Made by a program: the position numbers and the translations under genes. Positions 17,156 to 37,100 of a stretch of DNA of 64,000 nt are shown here, piece by piece. The stretch lies in NCBI RefSeq assembly GCF_009914755.1, contig NC_060938.1; one strand, given 5' to 3'. Under the pieces are notes generated by a model, which was given only the letters and a program-made list of their open reading frames with translations, ran no database searches and was not told where the DNA came from. The stretch comes from the human T2T-CHM13v2.0 reference genome, Homo sapiens. Each line of letters starts with the position of its first letter. Positions within the stretch are counted from its first letter, which is position 1.

Positions 17156-18294
17156 AATCTATATTGGTCAGTTACTAATGTTATGACTTTAATGACTGAG
17201 CTAGTTAGGATGCTTATTGGTCATAATTTCCCTTTTGAACCACCAAAGCTACTAAAATTCACCTTCAGTAACTGGCAAAGATCATCTTATCGATATAGTA
17301 AAAAATTAGAATATTAGCAGGTGATAATGATTCTTTACTCAGAGGTTGCAAACTCGAATCTTAAGATGCCTGACTTTGAGAAAATTATTTTTCCAGAACC
17401 CTTTGGGTGGGAATGATCAGAAAAATGGCAAATATTCAAATTTGAATATTTTGGATAAAGTACTTTAAAATTTGGCACTTTTCTATGTTTTAAGATTTTA
17501 TGTCAAGCAACTGAAATCTTAAATCTGATGAATGGTAGCTAAAGGAACTTGATCAACTTTTGACATCAAAATTAGGAAGAAAAAACTGCTATAAGCAATA
17601 ACCATTAATAATTATGTAATTTTGTAACAACATGGACATAAATATTGTTTGCCTACTTGGTTGACCAATCGAATATTTTTTTTCTGCAATGGAACATTAA
17701 TACATTTCTAATTTCCTAGCCTCACAGTGTCAGTTACCAGGGGTCTATTTAACCTAAACTCCTCCATCTTTATGATTGGCTATAGAAGCTATGGAAATAG
17801 ATTTATTTTATCAAGTGTGGTTAATGATGTTTTTGAAGGGAATATCTTAATTTGTGAAGTTCTTTCTTGGGAGGACAGAGCTTGGCACTTTTTGAAACAT
17901 ATTCTGTGTTATGTAAATACCTAAATTTGACTTGAAATGATGGAACTTATTCGTTTCTTCTTTAGAGCTCTAAAATTCTGTGGAGAAAAATAATCAGAAA
18001 AGTATAGACAGAGCTTCATCTGAAATAAAACTGAACATTGTGAACAAGGCAGAATTCTATCAGGGATTAAACACAGGAACGATGAATCTTTCTCAGAATA
18101 TTAGATACCTAAATTTTTTAAGCTCTTTTTTCTTTTTTTACATTAATTTTTTAGGATCCAATGGGAAGGTACCTAAAATTAATTTACAGGAAAACAAATT
18201 ACAAAACTAGATGCTTAAGGGCAATAAGGAACCATTTTTTAAAGGTCAGCAAGTGAATAGAGTGTTGAATAATAATATACATCTCATTATCTTA

Positions 18295-18367
18295 TAGGAT
18301 GACCAATTAATCTCAGCTTCCTTGGGTTAGAAACAAGGGCTTTCCCAGGATGTGGAACTTTTCAGTA
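18295..18367. mobile_element. MER81-like hAT-Blackjack fragment
   Basis: 'taggatgaccaa...gggctttcccaggatgtggaactttttcagt' resembles the TAGGGTGACCA TIR and MER81 body. Confidence 0.6.
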
Positions 18368-18526
18368 TATGTTATAATACGTAGTATCCCTGAGAATCTC
18401 TAAAAAGCCATGTGTTATATTTTTTCCTCTCTATTGACTGTATGAAATAAAGAGCATTTTTTTAAATGTGGCCTTTTTTGTGTGCAGGACACATTAAATG
18501 ATAAGGGTATTATTATTATAGTTCTT

Positions 18527-20783
<2,257 letters not shown>

Positions 20784-21799
20784 TATTATAGTTCTTAATA
20801 ATAAGGCTAACAGAGTTCATACCTTCAAGATGCTTATAACTTAGATTAGTTGAAAATTTTAAAAATGATTCTGCAATAAACCAAATGAAGATGTATAGTC
20901 TATAAAACTCAGTTAATACTGAACATAAAATTGTACCCTTTGGGCTACTGATGTTTTTTAATAATAATATTCACTTTGGCATTTTTTCTATTGACCACTG
21001 GAGTAGCGAAGTGGATCATAACCACTGGATGTCTTGTCTTTCCACTTAGTTACCTCATAGTCTCAGTGAATTCTTTTCATTTATTTGCTATTTTCCAGAT
21101 CCAGTTTAAGTTTAATGATTCTCTAGCTGTTTTATTTTGTCTTTTTTTTTTAATGGAGTCTTATTCTGCAACAGACATTCTGGTAGCTTTTTTGCTAATT
21201 CATTTTTAGAGTTTTCTCCACCTGAGCATGATAAATGTTATGATCAAGGAAATAATTAGATATAGTTACTAATAAAGTGTTGAGCTCGGAAAAAAACTGA
21301 CATGCAAACACACTAGCAGATGCACACACCGCCTTCAGGGTGGATCATGTGAAAGGCTTTCAGCTGGACACGATGGCATGGGATGCCCATGGAGGCTGAA
21401 ACAAAACCCACTCCTCTAAGGCTGCTGTTTTGTTTGCTTGCTTGTTCTCCAAGCATGCACTGTGCTCTGATTGCTGCTTTTATCTATTGCTTTTCAGTAT
21501 GTTTTTCATGTGAAGATTGTATCATAGAACATAAATCCCAGTGCAGGGTATACCTGCCATCATTTCACTAACGTACTTGTCTTTTGGCTTTATAAGGTGA
21601 TAGTAAATTTAATCATATTTGTGACCCCCAAGAAAGAGAGTTAGACATTTTCCTCTACCACATGTATTCGCAGGTGATAAACACTTATATCCCAACTGAA
21701 GCATATTATTTTCTTCCTTTCCTTCATAAATAAAGTTTACAATGTTTTCAGAAAATCCTGGGGAACTTCCTCCAGATCCCTCCCCATGGCTTTCATAAA

Positions 21800-22678
21800 T
21801 CTGGCATAATAAGAAATATGTATTTGGTCCTTGTTTCCAGTTCGTAACATAGATCTCCTAAGACCCTTATGTTAGGGGTGATAGGAATGTCTTTTTTTTT
21901 CTAATATTTGATCTTTGTCCCTCGTTCCTGACACAGAGCTCCTAAGTCCCTTGGAATTTCCCAGGTTATAGGAGCATCTTTTGTTCTAATGAGGTAACTC
22001 TTGGTGGGACCCTCAATAGCTTCAGGATAGGGGCTGGTTAGAGAGGGGTAGGGCTGAAAGTTCCAGACTTTAAAGTTATAATTCAGCTATAAAGCCTAGA
22101 ACTTTCAGCCCTATCCCTCTCTAACTTCTTGGAGGAGAGTAAAGCTGCAGATTGTGTTAATAACCGATCCTGACTACATGATGACACCTCCATAAAATCC
22201 TCTAAATGATGGGATTCAGAGTGCTTCCATGTTTGTGAATGCATTCATGTGCTGGGAGAGTGGTGTATCCTAACTCCACAGGACAGAAGCTAATACACTC
22301 GAGACCCTTTTGGACCTTGTCCTATGTACCTCTTCATCTGGTTATTCATTTGTATTCTTTATAATAAACCAGTAAATGTAAGTAAAGTGCCTTCCTGAGT
22401 TCTGTGAACCATTCTAGAAAATTAGTGAACTTGAGGGGGTGGAGCTTTTGTGAACCCCATAGGTATAGGCAGTTGTTCAGACATGCAGAAGGTCCAGGAT
22501 TTTTGAGAGGCCTGAGATTTTTCACTGGTGAGAGCAGTCTTGCAGCGCTGAACCCTTAAGCTACAGGGTCTGTGCTAATTCCAGGTAGCTAATGCCAAAT
22601 TGAACTGAATTGTTGAACACCCAGTTGGTATCCAGAGAATACAAGAATTGGTTGTTGGTATTGGAAAATACCTCAGAA
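21800..22678 (+). mobile_element. MER21-family ERV LTR
   Basis: 'ataataagaaatatgtatttggtc', 'acagagctcctaagtcccttggaatttc', AATAAA ~22363 and 'ccagttggtatccagagaa'. Confidence 0.75.
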
Positions 22679-22829
22679 TAAGGAAATTAAATGATTCAAT
22701 TCCTTCTGTATATTGAGTATTTTCCCCTGGGCAATTTAGAGATATACAAATATATTACAGCTATGCTAAAACTATGCCTTATAAAAGCAATGAAAGATTA
22801 GATGGTAATTATGATGACAAAGATAATCT

Positions 22830-23010
22830 GGATGATGAGAATAATAGTCATAATTTGAGTACTAACTAAATGTCATTTGTTGATCAAATTGCTTTATATA
22901 TATGATTTCCTTGAATTGTAAGAGTAATCTCAGAGATAGCTACCACAATCTTTTCCACTTCACAAATCAGGAATCCGAGTCTGGCCAAGATTAAATGACT
23001 CTTCTTAGGG
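22830..23010 (-). mobile_element. MIR
   Basis: 'ccactttcacaaatcaggaatccgagtctggccaagattaaatgact'. Confidence 0.5.
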
Positions 23011-23605
23011 TCACACATTCAGTGTGGACCTGCATAGGAACCCAGGTGGAGAGAAAGGAGCCTCTACAACCATTTCCCAAAAGAGTCATGGATATGGAGG
23101 AGCAGCTTCCACTTAGCAATGCTGCTGTGAAGCAGAGCTTCCAGGTTGCATATAAGTCCAGAAGGTGAAAGCGGCGTTCACTAAAGTGTAAATAATGACC
23201 ATAGAATAAGTCCTCCAGAAAGCATAATGGAAGGTTTTGAGAGGAAGATGATCAGTGAGAGGCTCAGTTAACGAGGTGGAGAGGGGGACCCAAAGTATTT
23301 TGTGGATGTGGATACTTGAGGGAGCTGCTGTGTGTTCAGTAAGGGTATCCAGAGTCAGAGCAAGATGTGTTTGGCTAACCATGAGTTTTCCAAGAGAAGC
23401 GTGTGATGGAAATGATTACAGACGCTGTTAACACTTTCTGAGGTTAGCTTTAGCCTGATATGTGCTGCTGGACCTTAAGTTCTAAGGTAGTTGTGAAAAG
23501 CCTTATATTTACTGCTAATGCTGGCTGAAGGAAGCCCTAGGGATCAGGATCTGGGCCTCTAGGGGCAGAGGATCATGGCTTGAATTTTGTAAATCTTCCT
23601 TGCAG

Positions 23606-23731
23606 GGTGTGTCTCTGGTAGTGGTGTGTCCTTACAAGGATGCATGATCCTTGTTGTACAACCCCCTTTTTGGGGGTTGTACATTCTAGGAATGAAGAGT
23701 TATCTTTGTATTGGATAAGTCAAAAGCAAAG
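23606..23731 (+). other. Candidate non-coding exon (126 nt)
   Basis: Acceptor 'tcttccttgcag|G' and donor 'AAG|gtaagt'. Stop codons in all three frames. Confidence 0.25.
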
Positions 23732-23819
23732 GTAAGTAAGATCTGTCACCATTCAAGCAAGGGAGGAGGGGTTGGGGAAACAAAACAAGAAATAATTTTG
23801 ATTTACCACCCCAGTGTCA

Positions 23820-24010
23820 TCAATTTTACATATACTACTTATTTTAATCTTAAAACAGTGGGTAATTTTTATATTATTGTTTTTATTTTACAGATAAGAA
23901 TAAAACTTGGGGTTTGGATAGATTTAAAAACCACCCCAAGGTTATATAATAGTTGTAGGTAGATCTGGGATTAAAATCCAGCTCAACTGATTACAAAAAC
24001 TTGGCTTTTT
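23820..24010 (-). mobile_element. MIR
   Basis: 'ttttacagataagaataaaactt...ccaaggttatataatagt...ctgggattaaaatccag'. Confidence 0.6.
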
Positions 24011-25529
24011 ACATAGCATATGGCAAGACATTTTTAGTAGTTGGAAGTCTATTGCCTGAATCTGCTGAAATGCAAACATTAAACATATGTTAATTTTTGA
24101 ATCTTGTCTAGACCTTTTGCCAAGACACGTAAGCAACTTCTGTGACCTATGACTTTTTCATTTCTCTGAATTTTGTCTCAGTACTTTAGGAAATCCAGGA
24201 TTGTACATTTATAGGCAGCTTTCATTGGGAATTTTTCATTATCATCAGTTATAATTCTGACAGATGTTGGGAAGGGACTTAAATGGGATTGAAATGGAAG
24301 TTCCATTACATTGGGGGAAGATCTTGACTTTACTCAGAGATTTTTTGGGAAACATCCTCCCTCATCTCACATTCCTCAGTGTTACCCAACACAAGTCATC
24401 AACACAGCCTCACTGGGCTAAGGTCAAGTCCCTTAATTAGAAGCAATAAACAAGAAGGAAGATTTCAGTCTCAAATATTATCCCAGAGGACTGGGGGAAC
24501 GTTTTAAACCTCTAATCACTGCTATAATAATTTCCACATGGACCCAGTATAGTACTTTACACACCACATTATACATCTGTTTCATCAAGTACCCAAAGCA
24601 GGAGCACTGTTTTCATCCCCATACATTTCTGTTATCTTTATAGGTATCTAATAAGTGCTTGCTGAAATGCACAATCAGAACTCAAAAGGTGAGTAGTTTG
24701 CCAGAGAAGTTAGAAAGGTCCAATTGGAGCCTATTTTATTAAGCTGGCACTTTACTCCTATGGAAGGTGAAAAGTTCCTAACCAGGGATGTTGGGCAGGA
24801 AAAGCACTTGGCCAAGAGCATTACAGATGACATTTTAAGACTCCTTTCTCAACACAGGTTGCTGGTTGAGGGGTCTAGGTGCTTGTTCCACCGCTGCTAT
24901 TCTTTGGAAATTTGCACAAAGCCCTTGATATATAACTGCTCAGTTCTTTGTTTGCCACATAACCAGGGAACATTTGATAATCTGTAAGATCATTTATATC
25001 TCAGTGATTCTTTGACTTTCATGAAGTACCATGTGAACAATGAATATATTTATTTGAATAAGTGCAGTGTTTCTTAGAAAGAAGTATATGTCTTAATAAC
25101 CCAAACCTAAATAACTTAAATCATAAAGAAAAATGGAAAAAATAAGAGCATCAGAAATCTATTACTTAAGTGTTAATGTCTAACAATATTTTTTAAAATC
25201 TTCATTTCAATGATAGCATTTTGCTTTGAAATTATTAAAAACCTTCACAGCATATAATCACTTATGCCTGTTGCATTCTCATGAAAATAAGTGGTAATGT
25301 TTCTTTTGAGACAGTCTTCCCTAAAGAGAAGTCTTTAGAAATAAACCAGTCATTCAGATGCATAATAAAGAGATTATCATTCTGTGTCCTGACAGACAAT
25401 GAACCAGAGAGAAAAAAGAATAAAAAATAGAGGAGGGGAAATGAGAATTAAATGTAGTATTCTTCAGTATGATCTTTATTTTTTATCCCTATCTGTCTGA
25501 AATAGCCTCCTTCACCCTGGTCCTCAGCT

Positions 25530-27966
<2,437 letters not shown>

Positions 27967-28582
27967 AAAAATAAAACTTCTCAGAGTTATTTTGTACTGA
28001 ATGGAAGTCCCACCAAGTCCTGCTAATTCTATTTAAATGTCTTCCGCATCCACCATGCACTTTTTATCTCTATTGTTAATATACTTGGTTCAAACATTCA
28101 TCATCGTGTATGCTTTGGAATTAGTCTCCTAACTGAACTTGAAAGTCTTTATTTCTCACGTTGTCATCAGATATCTCTTTCTGACTTACAAAACTGAAAC
28201 CTGTTTGAAGCCCACTCTAGCACATAGTAAGTATTCAACAAAAATTATTTTTCTTCCTAATATTTCTCTTCTAGTGATGTAGCACGTTGCTTGTAAATAA
28301 GCAAGCTCTCCAACATTGGTGACATTCAGGTAGCTGCTGAATAAAATATGTTAGGGATTCCACAGCAGGGATTTTCCTATAGTGTTGAGATTGGACTGGA
28401 ACAACTAAGTTGCTTTCCAGCTCTTGGCATTCTCTAATTCTATGACATGGAGACAGGCCGAGTTTAAGAAAATTATCACTTTGAAAAATTCACAATATTT
28501 TAGACATTTTTTTTCAGTCCCGTTTGGATGTCCTCTTAGTTCCAAATATCTGTATAAATCCTATTAAGTGACTGGGTTAAGT

Positions 28583-28865
28583 GACTGGGTGCGGTGGCTC
28601 ATGCCTGTAATCCCAGAACTTTGGGAAGCTGAGGAGGGCAGATCATGAGGTCAGGAGTTTGAGACCAGCCTGGCCAACATGGTGAAACCCTGCCTTACTA
28701 AAAATACAAAAATTAGCTGGGCATGGTGGTGGGCGCCTATACTCCTAGCTACTTGGGAGGCTGAGGCAAGAGAATCACTTGAAACTGTAAGGTGGAGGTT
28801 GCAGTGAGCCGAGATCGCGCCACTGAACTCCAGCAAAACTCCGTCTCAAAAAAAAAAAAAAAAAA
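28583..28865 (+). mobile_element. AluS (AluSg-like) with ~15-bp deletion near the 3' end
   Basis: Dimeric Alu with poly-A. 'actccagc|aaaactccgtctc' lacks the usual ctgggcgacagag segment. Confidence 0.95.
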
Positions 28866-30056
28866 CACCTACTAAATGTGAGATTTTAAAAAATAGATTT
28901 TAATACCTACAGAAATTTGTTCATTATATTAGGTATACAGTTTTATACCTGATTGATTAGGAGAATCTTTATGACAATGTTTTTTCCTCCGAAGAGTTTT
29001 TTCCTGTTTCTTTTGAACATGCTAAAGAGAAACAGACAAAAGAAAGGAACATTGTTTAATATTGATGTTTTGATTATTTTGATGTTATAAAAAATAACTA
29101 AAGCAAATGATATTTGCAAATATTTAGTTTTTTATTATTTAAATGTGCTGTCAAATATCATATAAGAAAGGTGAAACAAATAAACCAAATAACAAATAAG
29201 CACATTGTGGCATTGGCCAGAACCTGCTGTGATTATTAATTATGGATTCTCATTTTCTATATATAATGATCTCACTATAACTCCAGTTGAGGAGGTTAGA
29301 AATGAACTTAGAATTCTGGCATGAAGTGACCACTTTGAAAACTATTGTTTTCTCTGTAACTGAAGGTTTTGGAATAGATTTGAAGAGAGCCATCTTATGT
29401 TGAATTTTATTTCATAGCAACTAGTTTTATAGCACATTCTCATAACAGTGAATTTTCAGTTTTTGTATTTGAATTATTAAGGTGATAATCAAGCTGCTGC
29501 CTTGCTTGTGCTTGTATCTGCACCTGTACAATTCTTTGATATGCATACTTTTTCTTGTATGATTAAGGGATTTTTGCCATATTGCCCAGCCTGGTATTGC
29601 AATAAGACACATTTCTCCACAAAGTAGGCTGAGTCACACCCTGAGAATAAAGTCCTCATAGAGCTGCTGTTTACTTAGGAGAGAGGCTTGTCCCTGAGAC
29701 CAGAAATTAGGAATGGGAGGAATTTATTGGGCATTAGTGTTAGAATCCTTCTTGGACCATGGAGGCATCACAGTGACTGAAAGGCTACTAGGTCCTAGAG
29801 ATATTCTCTGTGTGAAGCCTCCTGGGATTTGTGAAGATTTATGGTGTGAAGCTGGTGTCTTTGAACTGACCCTTTGAAACTAAGATATTGAGATTCTCTT
29901 TTCTCTGTGTCAGGAGTATGGAATAGGCCAGGTTTTAAGGGCCAGTTAGGGAAAAACAATTAAGCAACAATGAAAACAATTTACATTTGTCTAGGTTGAA
30001 TTGTTTTATCTCTCTGACCCATTTTTACTTTCTTTTTCCCTTTCTGCTTCAGCATC

Positions 30057-30440
30057 TGTTAGATGCAGAATTGTGCCACCCTTCCCAAATTCCTATGCTG
30101 AAGCTCTTACCCCTAGTAACTCAGAGTGTGACTGTATTTGGAGTCTTTAAAGAGATGGTTAAGGTAAAATAGGCCATTAAGATGGGCCCTATTCTAATCT
30201 GATTGGTGTTCTTATAAGAAGAGGAAATTTGGACACACGAAGAGATACCAGGGATGTGTGTGCACAGAAAAAACACAGGAGGTGACCATCTGTTAGCCAA
30301 GGAGAGAGGCCTCAGGAGAAACTGGAGCTTTTGACACCTTAACCTCTTAGACTTCTTCGGAACTGTGAAAAATAAAATTTTCTTGTTTAAGCCACCAAGT
30401 CTGTGGTACTTTGTTATCATAGCCTAAGCAGATGAATATA
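30057..30440 (+). mobile_element. MLT1B-like MaLR solo LTR with 5-bp TSD
   Basis: MLT1 body. TSD gcatc at 30052-30056 and 30441-30445. Confidence 0.88.
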
Positions 30441-31465
30441 GCATCTAACAAAGCACCCCTTTGGAGTACCAGCTGGGTGTGTCAGTGCTGAAGGGAACCA
30501 AACAACCCAGGACACAGAAATCAATAAGAGAGAATACCAAGAGGTAGATAAAATTTATGACTTCTGTGTCTTGTTGCTTTTGCTCAGTAGGCATGGGAGT
30601 TCTTTTTTATTTTTTAAGAAAGAAGACAATTCCCCTCGAATTACCAGTTGTAAGCTGAACGATGAAGAAACTTGGAAGATTAAAGTGAATTATATTAACC
30701 AAATCATTTTCATTTCGTGTAGTTTTAAATGCAGTTGTTTAAAATCTATGTGAGATTTTTTTTAATTGCTTTTGAATCCTGGGAAAATGAGTTCTTACAA
30801 ACTGTCATAATTCTGAGACATCAGCTTTTCCTTCGTCAGATATTTGTAGAAACCAGGAGCTGAAACAAAGCAATGGTTCAGGCAACCACAGAGACTTGCA
30901 TGGATGATCACGTAAACTATACACCTATTCCCCATGGCTGAAGCTATCTGGTATATCATACTGTTTAAATATAATATTCTCAGAATTTAGGGAGAATCTG
31001 AAACAAAAAGAGCTGTGGTTTTATTTTGTAATTATAGAAGTATTACATGAGACAATTGTAAACCACTTACAGTTGTTAGAAGATAGTATTACAGTGCTTT
31101 TATTGTATTTCCTATATTTATTTATGACTTTTCAGTATTCTAATATAATTTTCCTTGAGCTTCTGAATTATTAGATCCTCTATATTATTATGACTATATA
31201 TTGAATTATCAAGTACTAAAAAGTGTAAAACATTTCTGATTTCATGTAAACCTTGATTTTCAAGTTTCCGATCAAGAAAAGAAAAAAATGAAGAAAACTT
31301 TCATGTTGTTTCTAATTTGTTTTTTCTCCCCCCTTCAAATCAGAAGAGGGCCTGTAAATTCTAGAGGGAACTATTTTTTTATGCCTCAGGGAAAAAGTCT
31401 GTTATTGACTTAGACTGGCTAAATCTTAGGGGTTAATGTTGGTATTTCTATCCTAACTGTTCTAC

Positions 31466-31977
31466 TCTATTAATTTCATATTAATAAAAATTATCACAAA
31501 TTTAGTAGCTCAAAACAACGCATATTTATTTATTCTCTTAGAGTTCTAGGGGCCAGAATTCTAAAACTAGTATAACTGGGCTAAAATGAAGGTGTTGGCT
31601 GGCCTGTGTTCTTTCTAGAGGCTCTAGGGAAGAATTTGTTTCCCTGCCTTTTCAAGCTCCTAGAGGCTGCCTGCGTACCTTGGCTTGCAAATCCTTCCTC
31701 TATATTTAAAGCCAGCTGTATAGCATCTTCAAGTCTCTCTCTCTGACTTCTCCTTCTGTCCTTATGTCTCATTCTCCGACTGACTCTCCTGACTCCCTCC
31801 TATAAGGACCCTTATGATTATATTGGACCAATGGATAATCCAGGGTAATCTTCCATCTCAGAATCCTTTACATAGTCACATATGTGAAGTTTCTTTTGCC
31901 ATTTAAGGTAACATATTTACAGGTTCTGAGTATTAGGACATGGACATCTTTGGGGGACCATTATTCTGCCTCTCATA
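31466..31977 (-). mobile_element. MLT1D-like MaLR LTR
   Basis: 'tcacaaatttagtagctcaaaacaac...ggacatctttgggggaccattattctgcc'. Confidence 0.82.
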
Positions 31978-32180
31978 CCCATACAACCTGAAGCCCTTCT
32001 GCTTGTGAAATGGATCTATCAGGGCTCACACGCAGTGGATTAATTATCTTGGGAATTTTAATAGTCAGACTTACAGAGTACATGTATGCAATCGTGATCA
32101 GATTTAATGGGTATACCGGATTTAATAAAGAACTGCTGTTGGTGTGAAAACAGCCTGATGGATGCAAGTTGTCAGAGGAT

Positions 32181-33750
<1,570 letters not shown>

Positions 33751-34176
33751 GGTATCATTGCGTAGGGAAGACCAAGAGCCAGAAAATACACAATGCACAC
33801 ATGCACATGTGCAGATACCTCTGCAAACAACTTTAATATACTTGTGTGTTTAGTCAAAGTTGGGCTGAAATTTGTGCATGAAAATGAGCTAGAAAAAAGT
33901 AGGTTCATACATAATAAGAACTTTACTAAGTATTCTGTCATAAATCTCTTTTCTCACTTGAATATAAGGAGCTGTTCTTGTATAGTTAGAGAAAACAACT
34001 ATAGATGATTGAACTACTAGAAATTTTTCTTGGTACAGAGCCCTTAGTTTTTCTAACATTTACCTGGTAGGAACACTACGTGAGGGAAAAGAGTATTTTT
34101 CTCTAGACTGATGGAAACTAACTCTTCTAAATGTCGTTAGAGCTCTCGGAGAGCTAAGGGAGATCCATCAGTATGA

Positions 34177-37100
34177 TTTTTTTTTTTTTTTTTTTTTGGT
34201 GGTGAGGGGGTACCCATTACCTCAAACATTTATCCTTTATGTTACAAGCAATGCAATTGTGTTTTATCTCTGTGAGTGTAATTATTTTAATTTTTAGCTC
34301 CCAGAAATAAGTGAGAACAGGCAAAGTTTGTCTTTCTGTGCCTGGCTTATTTTGCTTAACATAATAACCTCCAGTTCCATCCATATTGTTGCAAATGACA
34401 GGATGTCATTCTTTTTTTTTTAAATTTATTACTGGCTAGTACTCCATTGTGTATATGTAACAGATTTGCATTATCCATTCATCTGCTGAACACTTAGGTT
34501 GCTCCCAAATCCTAATTATTGTGAGTAAAAAAGTGCTGCAATAAACATGGTAGTGCAGATACCTCTTGCATGTATTAATTTCCTTTCTTTTGGATGTATA
34601 CCTATGAGTGGGATTGCTGGATCATATGGTGGCTCGATTTTTAGGTTTTTGAGAAACTTCCAAGCTGTTCTCCATAGTGATTTCACTAATATACATTCTC
34701 ACCAAAAGTGTATGAAGGTTCCCTTTTCTCCACATCCTCACCAGAATTTGTTATTGTCTCTTTTGGATATAAGGCATTTTAACTGGGGTGAGATGATATC
34801 TCATTGTAGTTTTAACTTTGCATTTCTCTGATGATCAATTATTTTGAGCATCTTTTCACATACCTGTTTGCCATTTGTATGTCTTCTTTTGAGAAAGTAT
34901 CCAAATCTTTCACTCATTTTTAACGAGATTATTAGATTTTTTCTCCTGTAGAGTTATATATTCTAGTTATTAATCCTTTGTCACATGGGTAGTTTGCAAA
35001 TATTTTCTCTCATTCTGTGGGTTGTCTCTTCACTCTGTTTATTGTTTCCTTTCCTGTGCAGAAGCTTTTAAACTTGTGACCTCATATATCCATTTTTGCT
35101 TTGATTGCCTGTGCTTGTGGGGTATTACTCAAGACATTTTTGTCCTGTCCAGTGTCCTGGAAATTTTCCCCTCTGTTTTCTTTTAGTGGTTTCCTAGTTC
35201 GAAGTCTTAGATTTAAGTCTTAAATCGATTTTGATTTGATTTTTGTGTATGACAAGAGACAGGAGTCTAGTTTCATTCTTCTGCACATGGATATCCAGTT
35301 TTCCCAGCACCATTTACTGAACGGACTCTTCTTTCCCCACTGAATGTTCTTGCCAACTTAGTCAAAAAAGAGTTCACTGTAGATGTATTGATTTATCTCT
35401 AGGCTCTCTATTCTGTTCCACTGATCTATATCTCTTTTTATGCCAATACCACCCTGTTTTGGTTACTATAACTCTGTGGTATAACTTAATGTCAGGTAGT
35501 GTGATTCCTCCAATTTTATTATTTTTGCTTGGGATAGCGTTGGCTATTCTGGGTCTTTTGTGATTTAGTATAAATTTTAGGATTTTTTTTTCTATTTTCG
35601 TGAAGAATGCCATCGGTATTTTGATAGGATCTCATCAAATTTATAGATTTCTTTGGGTAGTATGGATATTTTAACAATATTCGTTCTTCTAATCCATGAA
35701 AATGAAATATTTTTCCCTTTTGTGTGTGTCTTCTTTGATTTCTTGCATCAATGTTTTATAGTTTTTTTTTTTGTAGAGATCTTTCATTTCTTAGCATAAT
35801 AATTCCTACATATTTAATTTCATTCTTAGGTCTAAGGGGAATTTCTTTCTTTATTTTTCAGATTGTTTGTTGTTGGCATATGGAAATACTACTAATTTTT
35901 CTGTGTTGATTTCATACCCTGCAACTTTACTAAATTCGTTTATCAGTTCTAATAGTTTTTTCTGGTGGAGACTTTGGGTTTTTCTAAATATAAGATCATA
36001 TCATATGTAAACAAGGATAATTTGACTTTTTCCTTTCTAATTTGGATGCCCTTTGTTTCTTTCTCGTGTCTGATTATTCCAGCTGGAAGTTCTAGTACTA
36101 TGTTGAATAACACTGATGAAAAGGGGTATCCTTGTCATGTTCTTAATCTTAGAGAAAAGGCTTTCAGTTTTTTTCCCAGTTCAGTATGATATTAGCTATG
36201 GGTTTGTTATATATGGCTTTTATTATGTTGAGGTATATTCCTTCTATACCCAGTTTTCTGAGCGTTTTTATTATGAAGGTATGTTGAATTTTATCAAATG
36301 CTTTTCCAGCATCAATAAAATGATCATATGATTTTTGTCCTTTATTCTGTTGACATGATGTATCACATTAGTTGATTTACATATGCTGAGCCCTCCTTAC
36401 AACCCTGGGATAAACCCCACTTGGTCATGATGAATTATCTTTTTAATGTATTGTTAATTTCATTTGCTAGTATTTTGTTGAGAATATTTGCATCAATATT
36501 CAGTGATATTGCATGTAGTTTCCTTTTATTGATATGTCTTTGTTTGGTTTTGATATCAGGTAAGACTGGCCTTGTAGAATGAGTTTGAAAGTATTCCTTC
36601 CTCATTTTCTGGAATAGTTTGAGTAGAATTAGTAATGGTTCTTCTTTAAATGTTTTGTAGAATTCAGCAGTGAAGCCATTGGGTCCCAGACTTTTATTTG
36701 CTGGGAGACTTTTTATTACAACTTTGATCTCATTACTTGTTATTCATGTGTTCAGATTTTGAATTTTTTCAGGGTTCAATTTTGTTAGGTTGTATGTGTC
36801 TAGGAATTATTTATTTCTTCTATATTTTCCACTTTATTGGCAAGTAGTTATGGTAGTCTCTAATGAAACTTTGAATTTCTGTGGTATCAGCTGTAATATC
36901 TCTCTTTTGATCTCTGCTTTTATGTATTTGTGTCTTACCCTTTTTTTTTCTTAGTTTGGCTAAAAGTCTGTCAATATTTTAAATCTTTTTGAAAAAACAA
37001 CTTTGTTTCATTGATCTTGTTATTTTTTCATTTCAATTTCATTTATTTCTCCTCTGATCTTTATGATTTATTTTCCTCTATTATTTTTGGGTTTGGTTTA

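Noticed and set aside
17340-17360. 'cagaggttgcaaactc' as an hAT-Charlie TIR
   Set aside because: No matching second TIR or element body identified.
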